Assembly: GCA_949949035.1 (NCBI GenBank)
Contig: CATLHJ010000002.1
Coordinates: 53,680-117,679, forward strand
Reading direction: 5' to 3'
Length of the DNA stretch: 64,000 bases
DNA from: an uncultured Clostridia bacterium
GTDB taxonomy: Bacteria; Bacillota; Clostridia; Christensenellales; UBA1242
The notes under the pieces were generated by a model that made no database searches, had not been told where the DNA came from, and worked only from the letters and a program-made list of their open reading frames with translations. Position numbers and translations under genes: made by a program. Shown piece by piece: positions 38,839 to 47,639 of this stretch. Position 1 is the stretch's first letter; the number at the start of each line of letters is the position of its first letter.

Positions 38839-39966
38839 ATGACCTCAAAAGATTTTTTCGTGGCCTTGAATATGATGGCCAGCGAACGCGGAATGGAAGT
38901 ATCCGCGATTATTAAGGATTTGGAAGAAGCGTTATCGATTGCTTTCCGAAAGGCGCATGGTGAAGCGATGAATGCGCGCGTGGCATTAAATCCCGAAAAG
39001 AACACGATTCGTATTTACAGTTATAAGACCGTAGTGGCGGACGAAGATGAAAAATTAGATAGTGATGAAGAGGGGTTCGTGCCCTTTGATTACGACAAAT
39101 TTATTACCCTGTCGGAAGCCAAGGAAATTAAGAAGTCTGTTAAAATTGGTGATGTTTTGGAACAAGAAGAGAACCCTAAAGATTTTGGTCGGGTAGCCGC
39201 CGTTGCTGTTAAGCAAGTTTTGAACCAAAAGATGAAAGAGCGTAACCGTAACGCCGCGATGCAAGAAATTTCTACCCGAGAAGACAAAATTGTTACCGCC
39301 AAGGTTAATCGCTATGATGGTGGTAAATACTTTTTGGAAATTCCGGGTAGCACTTTGGAAGGGATTTTGGATGAACGCAGTAATATGTTAGGGCAAACCT
39401 TTAAGGTTGGCGATTTTGTTAAAGTTTACGTACCCAAAATAAAAGATATCGGTTACACCAACGACGTCTTTGTAACCCGTACCCGTCCGGAATTTGTCCG
39501 TGCTTTATTTACTTTGGAAGTACCGGAAATTGAGAAAGGGGAAATTGAAGTTAAATCAATTGCTCGTGAAGCAGGTTACCGTACTAAAATTGCCGTGGCC
39601 TCCACAATTGCAAATATTGACCCGATTGGTGCCTGCGTTGGTACCAAAGGCTCGCGCATCAATAATATTTTGAACGAAATTCGTCCGGAAAAAATTGATA
39701 TTATTCCGTGGAGTGAAGATCCTTTGGAATTTATTGCTTCGGCTTTGTCACCGGCTACTGTATTGCGGGTAGAAGCCAACGAAGAAGAAAAACGGGCGCG
39801 TGTGGTGGTGCCGAATGACAAGTTGTCGTTGGCCATCGGTAAAGCCGGCATGAATGTACGGTTAGCGGCCAAGTTGACGGGTTGGAAAATTGACGTTAAG
39901 AGCGAAGAAAAAGCCAATGAAGAAGACGCCGCCTATATTGAGGAATTTACCCTTGGCGGCAATTAA
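38839..39966 (+). CDS. nusA: Transcription factor NusA
   Basis: DFGRVAA, AREAGYRTKIAV, GACVG..GSRI, LSLAIGK.G.NVRLAAKLTGWKID. Confidence 0.97.
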   Translation: MTSKDFFVALNMMASERGMEVSAIIKDLEEALSIAFRKAHGEAMNARVALNPEKNTIRIYSYKTVVADEDEKLDSDEEGFVPFDYDKFITLSEAKEIKKSVKIGDVLEQEENPKDFGRVAAVAVKQVLNQKMKERNRNAAMQEISTREDKIVTAKVNRYDGGKYFLEIPGSTLEGILDERSNMLGQTFKVGDFVKVYVPKIKDIGYTNDVFVTRTRPEFVRALFTLEVPEIEKGEIEVKSIAREAGYRTKIAVASTIANIDPIGACVGTKGSRINNILNEIRPEKIDIIPWSEDPLEFIASALSPATVLRVEANEEEKRARVVVPNDKLSLAIGKAGMNVRLAAKLTGWKIDVKSEEKANEEDAAYIEEFTLGGN

Positions 39967-40219
39967 GCCAGTTGAACGAATTTGTTGCGTTTGTCACCGT
40001 TTACAGCCGACTACGCAAATGACTCGGGTAGTATGTTTCCGTGGCGTCTTTACCGTGCAGGTTGATAAATATCTTGACGGCCGTGGGGCGTACGTTTGTG
40101 CCGGTTGCCGTACCAATCCCGCCGTAGGCAAAGCCTTATCCCGCAGTTTTCGCCAAACTGTTCCCGCCACATTGGTGCAGGAGTTGACAGGCGGCTATGG
40201 TGCCGTTAAAATGAAATGA
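39953..40219 (+). CDS. ylxR: YlxR/DUF448 family protein
   Basis: P.R.C..C, GRGAYVC..C, L.RSFR; TTG start behind GAGGA inferred. Confidence 0.8.
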   Translation: MAAIKPVERICCVCHRLQPTTQMTRVVCFRGVFTVQVDKYLDGRGAYVCAGCRTNPAVGKALSRSFRQTVPATLVQELTGGYGAVKMK

Positions 40220-41400
40220 TGTTGTTGACCAAAGATAAACCAAAAGTAGTGATTACTTATATTGAAGCCGGTATGGGACACGCGATGAGTGCCACGGCAG
40301 TTAGTGAGGCCTTGCACCTTAATTATGGTGAACAATTAACGATTGTGGACGCCAAAATTTGCCATTTAAGTGATAACCAAACCTTGGTTAAATTTGAAAA
40401 AAATTTAGTAAGGTCAACTAAGGCTTACAGCAAGGGGCGTCTGGCAGCGTCGTTGCAGTACGGGCTGTTGAGAATATTGGGTGGGCGCTTGGCTCGTTGG
40501 TGTTTGTACAATTTGGTCTGGGGTAGACCTAAACGAGCGATGATCAAGGAATTTCGTCGTCTGGATCCCGATGTGATTATTGCGACCCATTTTGCTGTAG
40601 CGGATTTTGCCGCAACATATCGTGACCGCTATAAACCAACCTGTAAAGTTATTACCTATAACCCTGATTATAATACTTTGGCTTTCTGGGGACATCGTGA
40701 CGATTTATTCATTGTCAATAATGCTGTGGCCTACCGTCATTGTCTTGAGCGTAAGTTTCCCATGGCGCGGGTACGTGAGGTACCTTTTGTGATTCGTCAA
40801 TGTTTGAAGGATTGCCATTTAACCAAAGCCGAAGCCCGTAGTAAACACGGTTTGCCGGCCGATAAATTCACCATTTGCTTGGTTGACGGAGCGTATGGGG
40901 CTGCTAAATTAAAGACATATACTGATGAACTATTAAAAATCGATCGTCCAGTTACCTTGTTGGTGGGGGCGTGCAAAAATACTGCTTTGTATGAGCATTA
41001 CCAACAATTAGTTGGTCGTGTTCCGGCCCAAATCACTTTGGTACCTTTGGCCTTCCGAATGGATATTTACGAGTTTTACCGGGCAGCCGATGTGGTAATT
41101 ACCAAAACGGGAGCGTCGATTTGTTTGGATTGCTTATGCATGAATACACCAATGTTAGTGAACTATTGTGCCCAACCGATTGAAGAGTTCAACCGTGATT
41201 TATTCCTTAACGAGTACCAAATTGGCGAATGGTTACCGGATGCGGTGGCGTGTCGTGAACGGATTGAACAATTTATTGACAATCCGGCTTTATTAACTCC
41301 GTACGTTGAGCATACCCAACGTTTTGACAAACATAACGATGGTGGTCGCCAAGTCGCCGACTTAATATTTGCCAAAGTCATCGAACCTGTGGTACAATAA
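40216..41400 (+). CDS. GT28 glycolipid glycosyltransferase (MGDG synthase/UgtP-like)
   Basis: GMGH...A, PDVIIATH, ADVVITK.G, E..N. Confidence 0.85.
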   Translation: MMLLTKDKPKVVITYIEAGMGHAMSATAVSEALHLNYGEQLTIVDAKICHLSDNQTLVKFEKNLVRSTKAYSKGRLAASLQYGLLRILGGRLARWCLYNLVWGRPKRAMIKEFRRLDPDVIIATHFAVADFAATYRDRYKPTCKVITYNPDYNTLAFWGHRDDLFIVNNAVAYRHCLERKFPMARVREVPFVIRQCLKDCHLTKAEARSKHGLPADKFTICLVDGAYGAAKLKTYTDELLKIDRPVTLLVGACKNTALYEHYQQLVGRVPAQITLVPLAFRMDIYEFYRAADVVITKTGASICLDCLCMNTPMLVNYCAQPIEEFNRDLFLNEYQIGEWLPDAVACRERIEQFIDNPALLTPYVEHTQRFDKHNDGGRQVADLIFAKVIEPVVQ

Positions 41401-41408
41401 GCAGTTTT

Positions 41409-41496
41409 GGAAGGGTGTCAGAGTGGTCGAATGTACCTGTCTCGAAAACAGGTAAGCCGCAAGGCTTCGCAGGTTCAAATCCTGTCCCTTCCGCCA
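41409..41496 (+). tRNA. tRNA-Ser(CGA)
   Basis: GGAAGGG/CCCTTCC acceptor, CCTGT-CTCGAAA-ACAGG anticodon arm, long variable arm, GCCA. Confidence 0.95.
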
Positions 41497-42176
41497 ACAT
41501 CAGTTAAACCCTGCAATAGGTCATCGTAATAACCGTGAATAGGGCAACAACACGTAACGTCCAGCGTGTCGGCAACCACTTGGGCAGCAATCTGTCCGCG
41601 GTCACTGTGGGCGTAGGCTTTGGACAAAAATTGGGCACCGCGTTTGGCGGTTAGTACCTGTTCTAAATCAACGGGTACTCCTCCGGATTCGTAATCTTCA
41701 CGGTGATAAATTTTACAACCTAATACGTCTTGGTAGGGACTATAATATTCACGAGTGGTCAGGTCTTGCGTTTTTTCTGCACCAAATAATTGATAATAAG
41801 CCGGTTGGTCGACAATGACTTGCCAAGTTGTGTCGTAAACCTGCCCGTCGCGCTCTACCCAGCCATGGTGGAAAATGGTATTATAGGCTTTGTTCAAACT
41901 GTTAAGCCGTCCGCGACAAATATGGACGTCGTCACCGATACCTAACGCCGCGGCCAAAATTGCCGAAGCGTCAAAGCACCAACCCTTACTCATTTCACGC
42001 AAGCGGTAAGCCACAGGTACGCCATTCCAATATTGACCGGCAAATTGTTGATAGAATTGGGCATCCATCGGCATGGCCAAGCCACGTTTAATTAGGGTTT
42101 TAATTGCGCAATCTACTTTATTTGCCTGTAAATTTTTACTTCCACGACGCAGTGGTAAAATACTTAATTTTTTCAT
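41475..42176 (-). CDS. Transglutaminase/papain-like protein with putative Cys-His-Asp triad; 3' end overlaps tRNA-Ser antisense
   Basis: GWCFDAS, HHGWVE, VYDTTW; promoter TTGAAA-17-TAAAAT ends 7 nt before ATG 42176. Confidence 0.7.
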   Translation of the reverse strand: MKKLSILPLRRGSKNLQANKVDCAIKTLIKRGLAMPMDAQFYQQFAGQYWNGVPVAYRLREMSKGWCFDASAILAAALGIGDDVHICRGRLNSLNKAYNTIFHHGWVERDGQVYDTTWQVIVDQPAYYQLFGAEKTQDLTTREYYSPYQDVLGCKIYHREDYESGGVPVDLEQVLTAKRGAQFLSKAYAHSDRGQIAAQVVADTLDVTCCCPIHGYYDDLLQGLTDVGGRDRI

Positions 42177-42258
42177 CGCTGTTATTTTAACATAATGTTG
42201 TTTAACTTTCAAGATGTAGGGTAAAATTTATGAAGAACTGAAAAATATTTTCAAAAAA

Positions 42259-42301
42259 TTAGCAATAAACGCTTGACATTGCTAGCAGTCCGGTATATAG
42301 T
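42259..42301 (+). promoter_or_regulatory. CIRCE-like operator overlapping the hsp20 sigmaA promoter
   Basis: TTAGCAATA-N9-CATTGCTAG (42259-42285) over TTGACA-17-TATAGT. Confidence 0.7.
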
Positions 42302-42345
42302 AGTGATGAAACCGCGGAAAGCGGTGAAAAAAGGAGAAAAAGAAA

Positions 42346-42804
42346 ATGAAAAATCAAGGAAATGACAAAGAAAGGGGCGTAGTTGTTCGCAGTGATGACG
42401 ATTATTTCGGATTGTTCCACCCGCTATGGGATGATTTCTTTAATGACCGTCCGTATCGTAAAGAAGTGCGCGATTTGCAACGCATTATGCGTACCGATAT
42501 TACTGAACACGATGATGGTTACGAATTCAAAATCGAAGTTCCTGGTTACGAAAAGGACGAATTAAACATTGGTTTGGAAAACGGCTATTTGACGATTGCC
42601 GCCAATAAAACGGCACACGACGACGAACACAATCGTCACGGTAATTATTTGCGTCGTGAACGTATCACCAGTGCTTGTTCGCGTAGTTTCTACGTTGGCG
42701 AAATTGACGAAAAAGCAATAACGGCCAACTTGAAACACGGTGTCTTAACCGTATTTGTCCCCAAAGAAAACAAGCCGACCAAAAAACACATTGAAATTAA
42801 GTAA
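42346..42804 (+). CDS. Hsp20/alpha-crystallin small heat-shock protein
   Basis: MRTDI.E, VPGY.K, Y.RRER....SRSFYVG, GVLTV.VPK. Confidence 0.95.
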   Translation: MKNQGNDKERGVVVRSDDDYFGLFHPLWDDFFNDRPYRKEVRDLQRIMRTDITEHDDGYEFKIEVPGYEKDELNIGLENGYLTIAANKTAHDDEHNRHGNYLRRERITSACSRSFYVGEIDEKAITANLKHGVLTVFVPKENKPTKKHIEIK

Positions 42805-42826
42805 AACGTGCGGTAGTTTTGTTGGC

Positions 42827-42860
42827 AAAAACGACTGTTTAATACTGGCAGTCGTTTTTT
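42827..42860 (+). terminator. Intrinsic terminator after hsp20
   Basis: AAAAACGACTG...CAGTCGTTTTTT. Confidence 0.75.
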
Positions 42861-42927
42861 GTTGTCCTATGGTAGGTAAAGTTCCCCCATAAATGCGCCA
42901 ACGTTACGCAGTTAGTGCGAAAAAGTC

Positions 42928-42957
42928 TTGACAGGGGGGGGGGGGGGGTAATATTAT
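42928..42957 (+). promoter_or_regulatory. Promoter with a G15 homopolymer spacer
   Basis: TTGACA (42928-42933), G15 (42934-42948), TAATATTAT, ATG at 42960. Confidence 0.75.
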
Positions 42958-42959
42958 AT

Positions 42960-43526
42960 ATGTTTGATAAAATAATTGAATTAAGTTTTAATTGGGTTTG
43001 GTGGGTTTCGCAAGGGTTTGCGGTAATTGGACTTATTTTCTCAATTATCTCTATGCAACAAAAATCACGTATCAGTATTTTGTCGTGGAATTTGGCGGCT
43101 GCGGTTGCCATGTTTATCAGTTGTTGCTGCTTGTGGCAGTTTTCGGCCATGATTTTAATGGGTGTTTCATCAGTGCGCAGTGTTACCGCGTTGATTTTTG
43201 CCATTAAACCAAATGTAAAAAAATGGATTTTCATTACCACCAACGTTGTTTTGGCATTATCGATTATAGTTTTTAATATCGTTTTCTGGAATGGTTATTT
43301 AAGCATTTTTAGTATTATAATTGGCATCGGCTCTATTATCTCCTTTGCCCAAGTCAAACCGAAAAATATCCGCTTGACGATTGCCCCAATTCAGGTTATT
43401 TCCACCATATATTATATATTGATGTTGGCGCCAATTAACGCCATGATTGAACTAACCGCACTGATTAGTGCGATTGTTGGTATGATCCGCTTGGATTTTA
43501 AGAAGCAACCGGTCGCGGCAAAGTAA
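42960..43526 (+). CDS. YgjV-family inner membrane protein
   Basis: SQ.F..IG......S.QQKSR..IL, multiple TM segments. Confidence 0.75.
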   Translation: MFDKIIELSFNWVWWVSQGFAVIGLIFSIISMQQKSRISILSWNLAAAVAMFISCCCLWQFSAMILMGVSSVRSVTALIFAIKPNVKKWIFITTNVVLALSIIVFNIVFWNGYLSIFSIIIGIGSIISFAQVKPKNIRLTIAPIQVISTIYYILMLAPINAMIELTALISAIVGMIRLDFKKQPVAAK

Positions 43527-43541
43527 CGGTAGTATAGAAGT

Positions 43542-44513
43542 TTAATTGAACGCCTTGGCGAAGGTGCTTTTACCCGCGATACCGTCGACGATTAAGCCGT
43601 TAGCACGTTGGAAGTCGCGCACTTGACGATCGGTATTAGTGCCGAAAATACCGTCAGGTGTGGTGCGGTAGCCTTTAACGTACAAGGCGGATTGTAACAA
43701 ATACACTATGTTGCCACGTGCTCCTTGACGTACATTGCGTACAGCGGCTTGCGTTTTGGGACCCCAAATTCCATCGACGGTTAAGCCCGCGCCATAGGTC
43801 ATGTTTAATTCAATTTGCAGCGCCTTGATTAACGCTTTTTTAGATTGTGGACCCCAAATGCCGTCTACGGCTAGACCCGCACCATAACGATTATTTAAGG
43901 TCTGTTGTATGTTGCGAATCGTGGCGTCACCGCCCGTACTTGGTGGTGTCGTCGGCGGGGTAGTACCACCACCAGGGTTGCAGTTAACGCCGACACTTTG
44001 CGCTAAACTGGCAGCGATAGTGTCGGCATAGGCGTCAAAGCGACTGTCAAACAGTTGGTTGTCACGGTCATTGCTGATAAAGCCTAATTCTAATAACAGC
44101 GCAGGGGCAGTGGTTTCCCGTAAAACACTTAAATTACCGGTTTTAACGCCACGGTCGCTTTGGATACCAACATCCGCTAACGCGTTTTGTAAATTGCTGG
44201 CGGCGCGGCGTGCCTTTTGGGACGCGTTAGTATAGACAATGGTCTCTACACCGTTAGCACTAGGGTTGGTGGCAGAATTACGGTGGAAAGAGGCAAATAA
44301 ATCAACATTGTTATTATTGCTAATACGACTGCGCTCCAATAAGGGAATGAAAGTGTCATCGTCGCGGGTGTAAATAACGCGTACGCCGCAATTTTTTAAC
44401 CGTTGACCGACGGCTAAGGCCATCCTTAAATTATCATTTTTTTCGTAACGGGAGCCATTAACTGCTCCCGCATCGTAACCGCCGTGTCCGGCGTCAATTA
44501 CTATGGTTGCCAT
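43542..44513 (-). CDS. N-acetylmuramoyl-L-alanine amidase (Amidase_3) with peptidoglycan-binding domains
   Basis: IDAGHGG.D.GA, EK, SFHRN, LLELGF; repeated VDGIWG/VDGI.G motifs. Confidence 0.93.
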   Translation of the reverse strand: MATIVIDAGHGGYDAGAVNGSRYEKNDNLRMALAVGQRLKNCGVRVIYTRDDDTFIPLLERSRISNNNNVDLFASFHRNSATNPSANGVETIVYTNASQKARRAASNLQNALADVGIQSDRGVKTGNLSVLRETTAPALLLELGFISNDRDNQLFDSRFDAYADTIAASLAQSVGVNCNPGGGTTPPTTPPSTGGDATIRNIQQTLNNRYGAGLAVDGIWGPQSKKALIKALQIELNMTYGAGLTVDGIWGPKTQAAVRNVRQGARGNIVYLLQSALYVKGYRTTPDGIFGTNTDRQVRDFQRANGLIVDGIAGKSTFAKAFN

Positions 44514-44519
44514 AGTTTA

Positions 44520-44559
44520 ATGTTATGGCAGTAACATTATTTTTGTTACTTCATAGACT
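44520..44559. promoter_or_regulatory. Overlapping divergent sigmaK-like promoters
   Basis: Minus strand AC-17-CATAACAT; plus strand AC-16-CATAGACT; the -35 parts form the palindrome AGTAACA-N7-TGTTACT. Confidence 0.5.
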
Positions 44560-44587
44560 AAATTATATCAATAAAAGGAGAAAATAA

Positions 44588-46369
44588 ATGGGCATTGGCT
44601 ACATGAAAATTGCTACGACTACGGCCAACGGTGGTTTACCCGTTGCCGACGTGTCGTTTGCAATTAAAGACAAAAGCGGAAAAATTTTATACTCGGGTTT
44701 AACGGATGCTAATGGCGACAGTGAAACTTTTTCGTTACCAGCGCCAGATAATGATTTATCGCAGGCACCAGAACCAAAAAGTGCGCCGTTCGCCGTGTAC
44801 GACGTGGCACTTAACAAAAAACAATACCAAAGTGTCAGTAAAATTGACGTGCAGGTTTTCGACCAAATTACAACCGTGGTGGGGGTCAATTTGGAACCAT
44901 ACGTTACCGGACAAGATGATGCTGACCAAGTTTTTGTAACGCCACCGCAAGATGTAGCGTTTCCGACCACCACGCGCGGACAAATTGGTACTAATGAAGT
45001 AGTAGGTGGCGGTGAGCGAGTACTGTCCAGTGTGGTAATTCCTGATTATATAACCGTGCATTTAGGTGTACCCAGCAACACCAGTGCGGCCAACATCCGG
45101 GTACGATTTATCGATTACATAAAAAACGTGGTTAGCAGTGAAATTTACCCAACTTGGCCCACTAACGCCATTTTGGCCAATATCACGGCGATTGTAACTT
45201 TTGCGCTTAACCGTATTTATACCGAATGGTACCGTGCGCGTGGCTTCAATTTTGATATTACTAATTCTACCGCAACCGATATGGCATTTGTTCGTAATCG
45301 TGAGATTTTTGCTAATATTTCGCAACTGGTAGACGGTGTTTTCAGCGTTTATGCTCACCGCGATGGTTTCCGTAATCCATATTTTACCGAATTCTGTAAT
45401 GGCACTACGGCCACTTGTCGGGGCTTGTCCCAGTGGGGTACGGTAACGTTGGCTAACGAGGGCCGCTCGGTTTTGGAAATCTTACGTTATTACTACCCGA
45501 AAGACTTGATTTTAAGTAACGCACCTTCAGGCAGTGTGCAAAATTCTTATCCAGGGTCGCCGTTGCGCCTTGGCTCGTCGGGCATCGCGGTGCGCCGTAT
45601 GCAGAACTTCTTAAACCGCATTCGTGGTAATTATCCTTTAATTCCGGCGATTGATCCAGTTGATGGAGTTTTTGGTGAACAAACCGAAAATGCGGTGCGC
45701 ACATTTCAAAAAGTCTTTAATTTGAGCAGTGATGGAGTAGTAGGAGTTAGCACATGGAATAAAATTTCTCAAGTTTATACTGCCGTAACGGGTTTGTCTG
45801 AATTGAACGGAGAAGGTGAACGCATTGGTTTAAGTCCAACTCCACCAACCGTGGTCATTCGTCAAGGTAATCGTGGTAGCAACGTATTACAGTTGCAATT
45901 CTTATTGAACTACATATCACAATTTTACCCGACGATTGACGCTCCGGTACAAGACAGTGTGTTCGGTGCGGATACTACGACGGCGGTGAAGACCTTCCAA
46001 CGTCTGTTTGGTCTAACCGCGGACGGCATCGTTGGCCCAGCAACTTGGAACAAGTTGTACCAGGTATACCGTACGGCGCAAGGACAAACTTTAACTACAC
46101 CCGATAATAATCCCACTACGCCGACGCCGTGGCCCGGAGTTTATTTGCGCCAAGGTAGTCGTGGCGAAAACGTAGTAACTTTACAAAATTTCTTGAACAT
46201 TGCTCGTCGCACCTACGCCCAAATCCCCGCTTTGACAGTAGATGGTATCTTTGGCGCTAATACTAATACGGCGGTGCGTAATTTCCAGCAAGCGGCAGGG
46301 CTAAGTGTGGACGGTATCGTTGGCCCAGCAACGTGGAACGCGTTGGCCAACTTGGCTATCGGCGGGTGA
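44588..46369 (+). CDS. sleC: SleC-like spore cortex-lytic enzyme with three PG-binding domains
   Basis: IP.YITVHLG.P, F.DYIKNV.SSEIYPTWP, LNRIYTEWY, CNG....C.GLSQWG. Confidence 0.88.
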   Translation: MGIGYMKIATTTANGGLPVADVSFAIKDKSGKILYSGLTDANGDSETFSLPAPDNDLSQAPEPKSAPFAVYDVALNKKQYQSVSKIDVQVFDQITTVVGVNLEPYVTGQDDADQVFVTPPQDVAFPTTTRGQIGTNEVVGGGERVLSSVVIPDYITVHLGVPSNTSAANIRVRFIDYIKNVVSSEIYPTWPTNAILANITAIVTFALNRIYTEWYRARGFNFDITNSTATDMAFVRNREIFANISQLVDGVFSVYAHRDGFRNPYFTEFCNGTTATCRGLSQWGTVTLANEGRSVLEILRYYYPKDLILSNAPSGSVQNSYPGSPLRLGSSGIAVRRMQNFLNRIRGNYPLIPAIDPVDGVFGEQTENAVRTFQKVFNLSSDGVVGVSTWNKISQVYTAVTGLSELNGEGERIGLSPTPPTVVIRQGNRGSNVLQLQFLLNYISQFYPTIDAPVQDSVFGADTTTAVKTFQRLFGLTADGIVGPATWNKLYQVYRTAQGQTLTTPDNNPTTPTPWPGVYLRQGSRGENVVTLQNFLNIARRTYAQIPALTVDGIFGANTNTAVRNFQQAAGLSVDGIVGPATWNALANLAIGG

Positions 46370-46404
46370 TTTGACAGTAAAGCACGAAACTGGTATAGTA
46401 GTTT

Positions 46405-47598
46405 ATGAAAAACATTTACTATATCGGTTATCGCCAAGGTGACGCCGAAGCTAGCTTCTATAACCAAACCATGGACGGCTATTTTGCGGGCAGTATTACC
46501 GAGCACGGGAATAACAAGCGCGGTAATATTGCCCACAATGCGTCTACGCGCGTGCAATTAAGTAGCAATGTTGAATTTGATGAACGCAACGACAAAATTA
46601 TGCGGGTCTTCGTTAATGAAAAATGTCGTGAAATTGTTGCTCGCGTGCCGGATGCTTATTTTTACCCCTATTCGCCCGTTTACGCCAGTTACGTACCACC
46701 GGAATTACAAGATCGTATCTTGTGTTGTAATAACCCCAAAGTATTTGCGGTGCTGGATAGTAAATTCCAATTTCGCAAAATTTTTAAGGATATCTTGCCG
46801 TTTGCCCCTTACGAATATGTGGTGGGGCAGACCATAATTGAGCGCTTAAAAGATGGTACTTACCCCAACCAAAAGGAAGTGGTAATTCAACGTGACTACG
46901 GCTCCGGTGGTTTTGGTACCTTGGTGGTAAATAAGGTTTATTTCGCCGACCCCACTTTGAAAGAACGGGCAATTAAAGAAATTCACCCCAAGGAAACTTA
47001 TTTGGTCAGTGATTATATTGAATCATTGTGTTCGACCAGTTTGCATTTACTTGTATCGAACAACGAAGTGTTAATTCTACCGTCAACGGTACACGCCTAC
47101 CACGGTTATCACAAGTTAGCGTATATGGATCTGAAAGCCTTTACCAAATTACCATCCGCCATGGTGCAACAGGCTTACGATTGTGGCCTCAAATTCGGCA
47201 AGTTCGTGCAAAAGAGTAAAGAATACCGTATGCGTGGTTGGCTGCACATTGACCTTTTGTTCGGGAAAGATGGTAAAGTGTACGCCATGGAAGCTAACCC
47301 GCGTTTTGGTGGGTCAGTTGGTTTACAAAACCGTATGTTCCGTGCGGCAGGGTTGGAATCTGTGTTTGAATATAATTATCGTGCTTTCTATGATAAAAAA
47401 ACCAATTTTGCTCCGGGGCTGAAAAAATTAAAACCTTTGGGTATTTACCGTCATGCTAATGTCGAACGTAACGCGGATGGGGAATTGGTCAGTTTGGAAA
47501 ACGAAAACGTTAATCGCGAGGGGTTTGATATGACCTTGTTGCGCGAAGAAGATGGTATGTACACGCACTCGGTTTACGAAATCCAAACGGAAGATTAA
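46405..47598 (+). CDS. ATP-grasp domain protein
   Basis: LDSK..FR, GSGG.GT, YLVS.YI, ID.L, MEANPRFGGS. Confidence 0.82.
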   Translation: MKNIYYIGYRQGDAEASFYNQTMDGYFAGSITEHGNNKRGNIAHNASTRVQLSSNVEFDERNDKIMRVFVNEKCREIVARVPDAYFYPYSPVYASYVPPELQDRILCCNNPKVFAVLDSKFQFRKIFKDILPFAPYEYVVGQTIIERLKDGTYPNQKEVVIQRDYGSGGFGTLVVNKVYFADPTLKERAIKEIHPKETYLVSDYIESLCSTSLHLLVSNNEVLILPSTVHAYHGYHKLAYMDLKAFTKLPSAMVQQAYDCGLKFGKFVQKSKEYRMRGWLHIDLLFGKDGKVYAMEANPRFGGSVGLQNRMFRAAGLESVFEYNYRAFYDKKTNFAPGLKKLKPLGIYRHANVERNADGELVSLENENVNREGFDMTLLREEDGMYTHSVYEIQTED

Positions 47599-47639
47599 AA
47601 TGGTTTTGGTGTGTTAATAATAACCACAACCAGTTGTGG

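Noticed and set aside
41475-41496. tRNA-Ser 3' end as an att site because an ORF overlaps it
   Set aside because: No second copy of the tRNA end and no integrase nearby; probably simple run-on to the first stop.
42915-42959. G15 as an in-frame poly-Gly frameshift switch
   Set aside because: The tract sits exactly between TTGACA and a -10 box, and the upstream GTG has no SD, so the promoter-spacer reading is more parsimonious.
29312-47598. Radical SAM (29312) and ATP-grasp (46405) as RiPP maturases
   Set aside because: No SPASM motif, precursor peptide, peptidase or transporter is adjacent to either gene.
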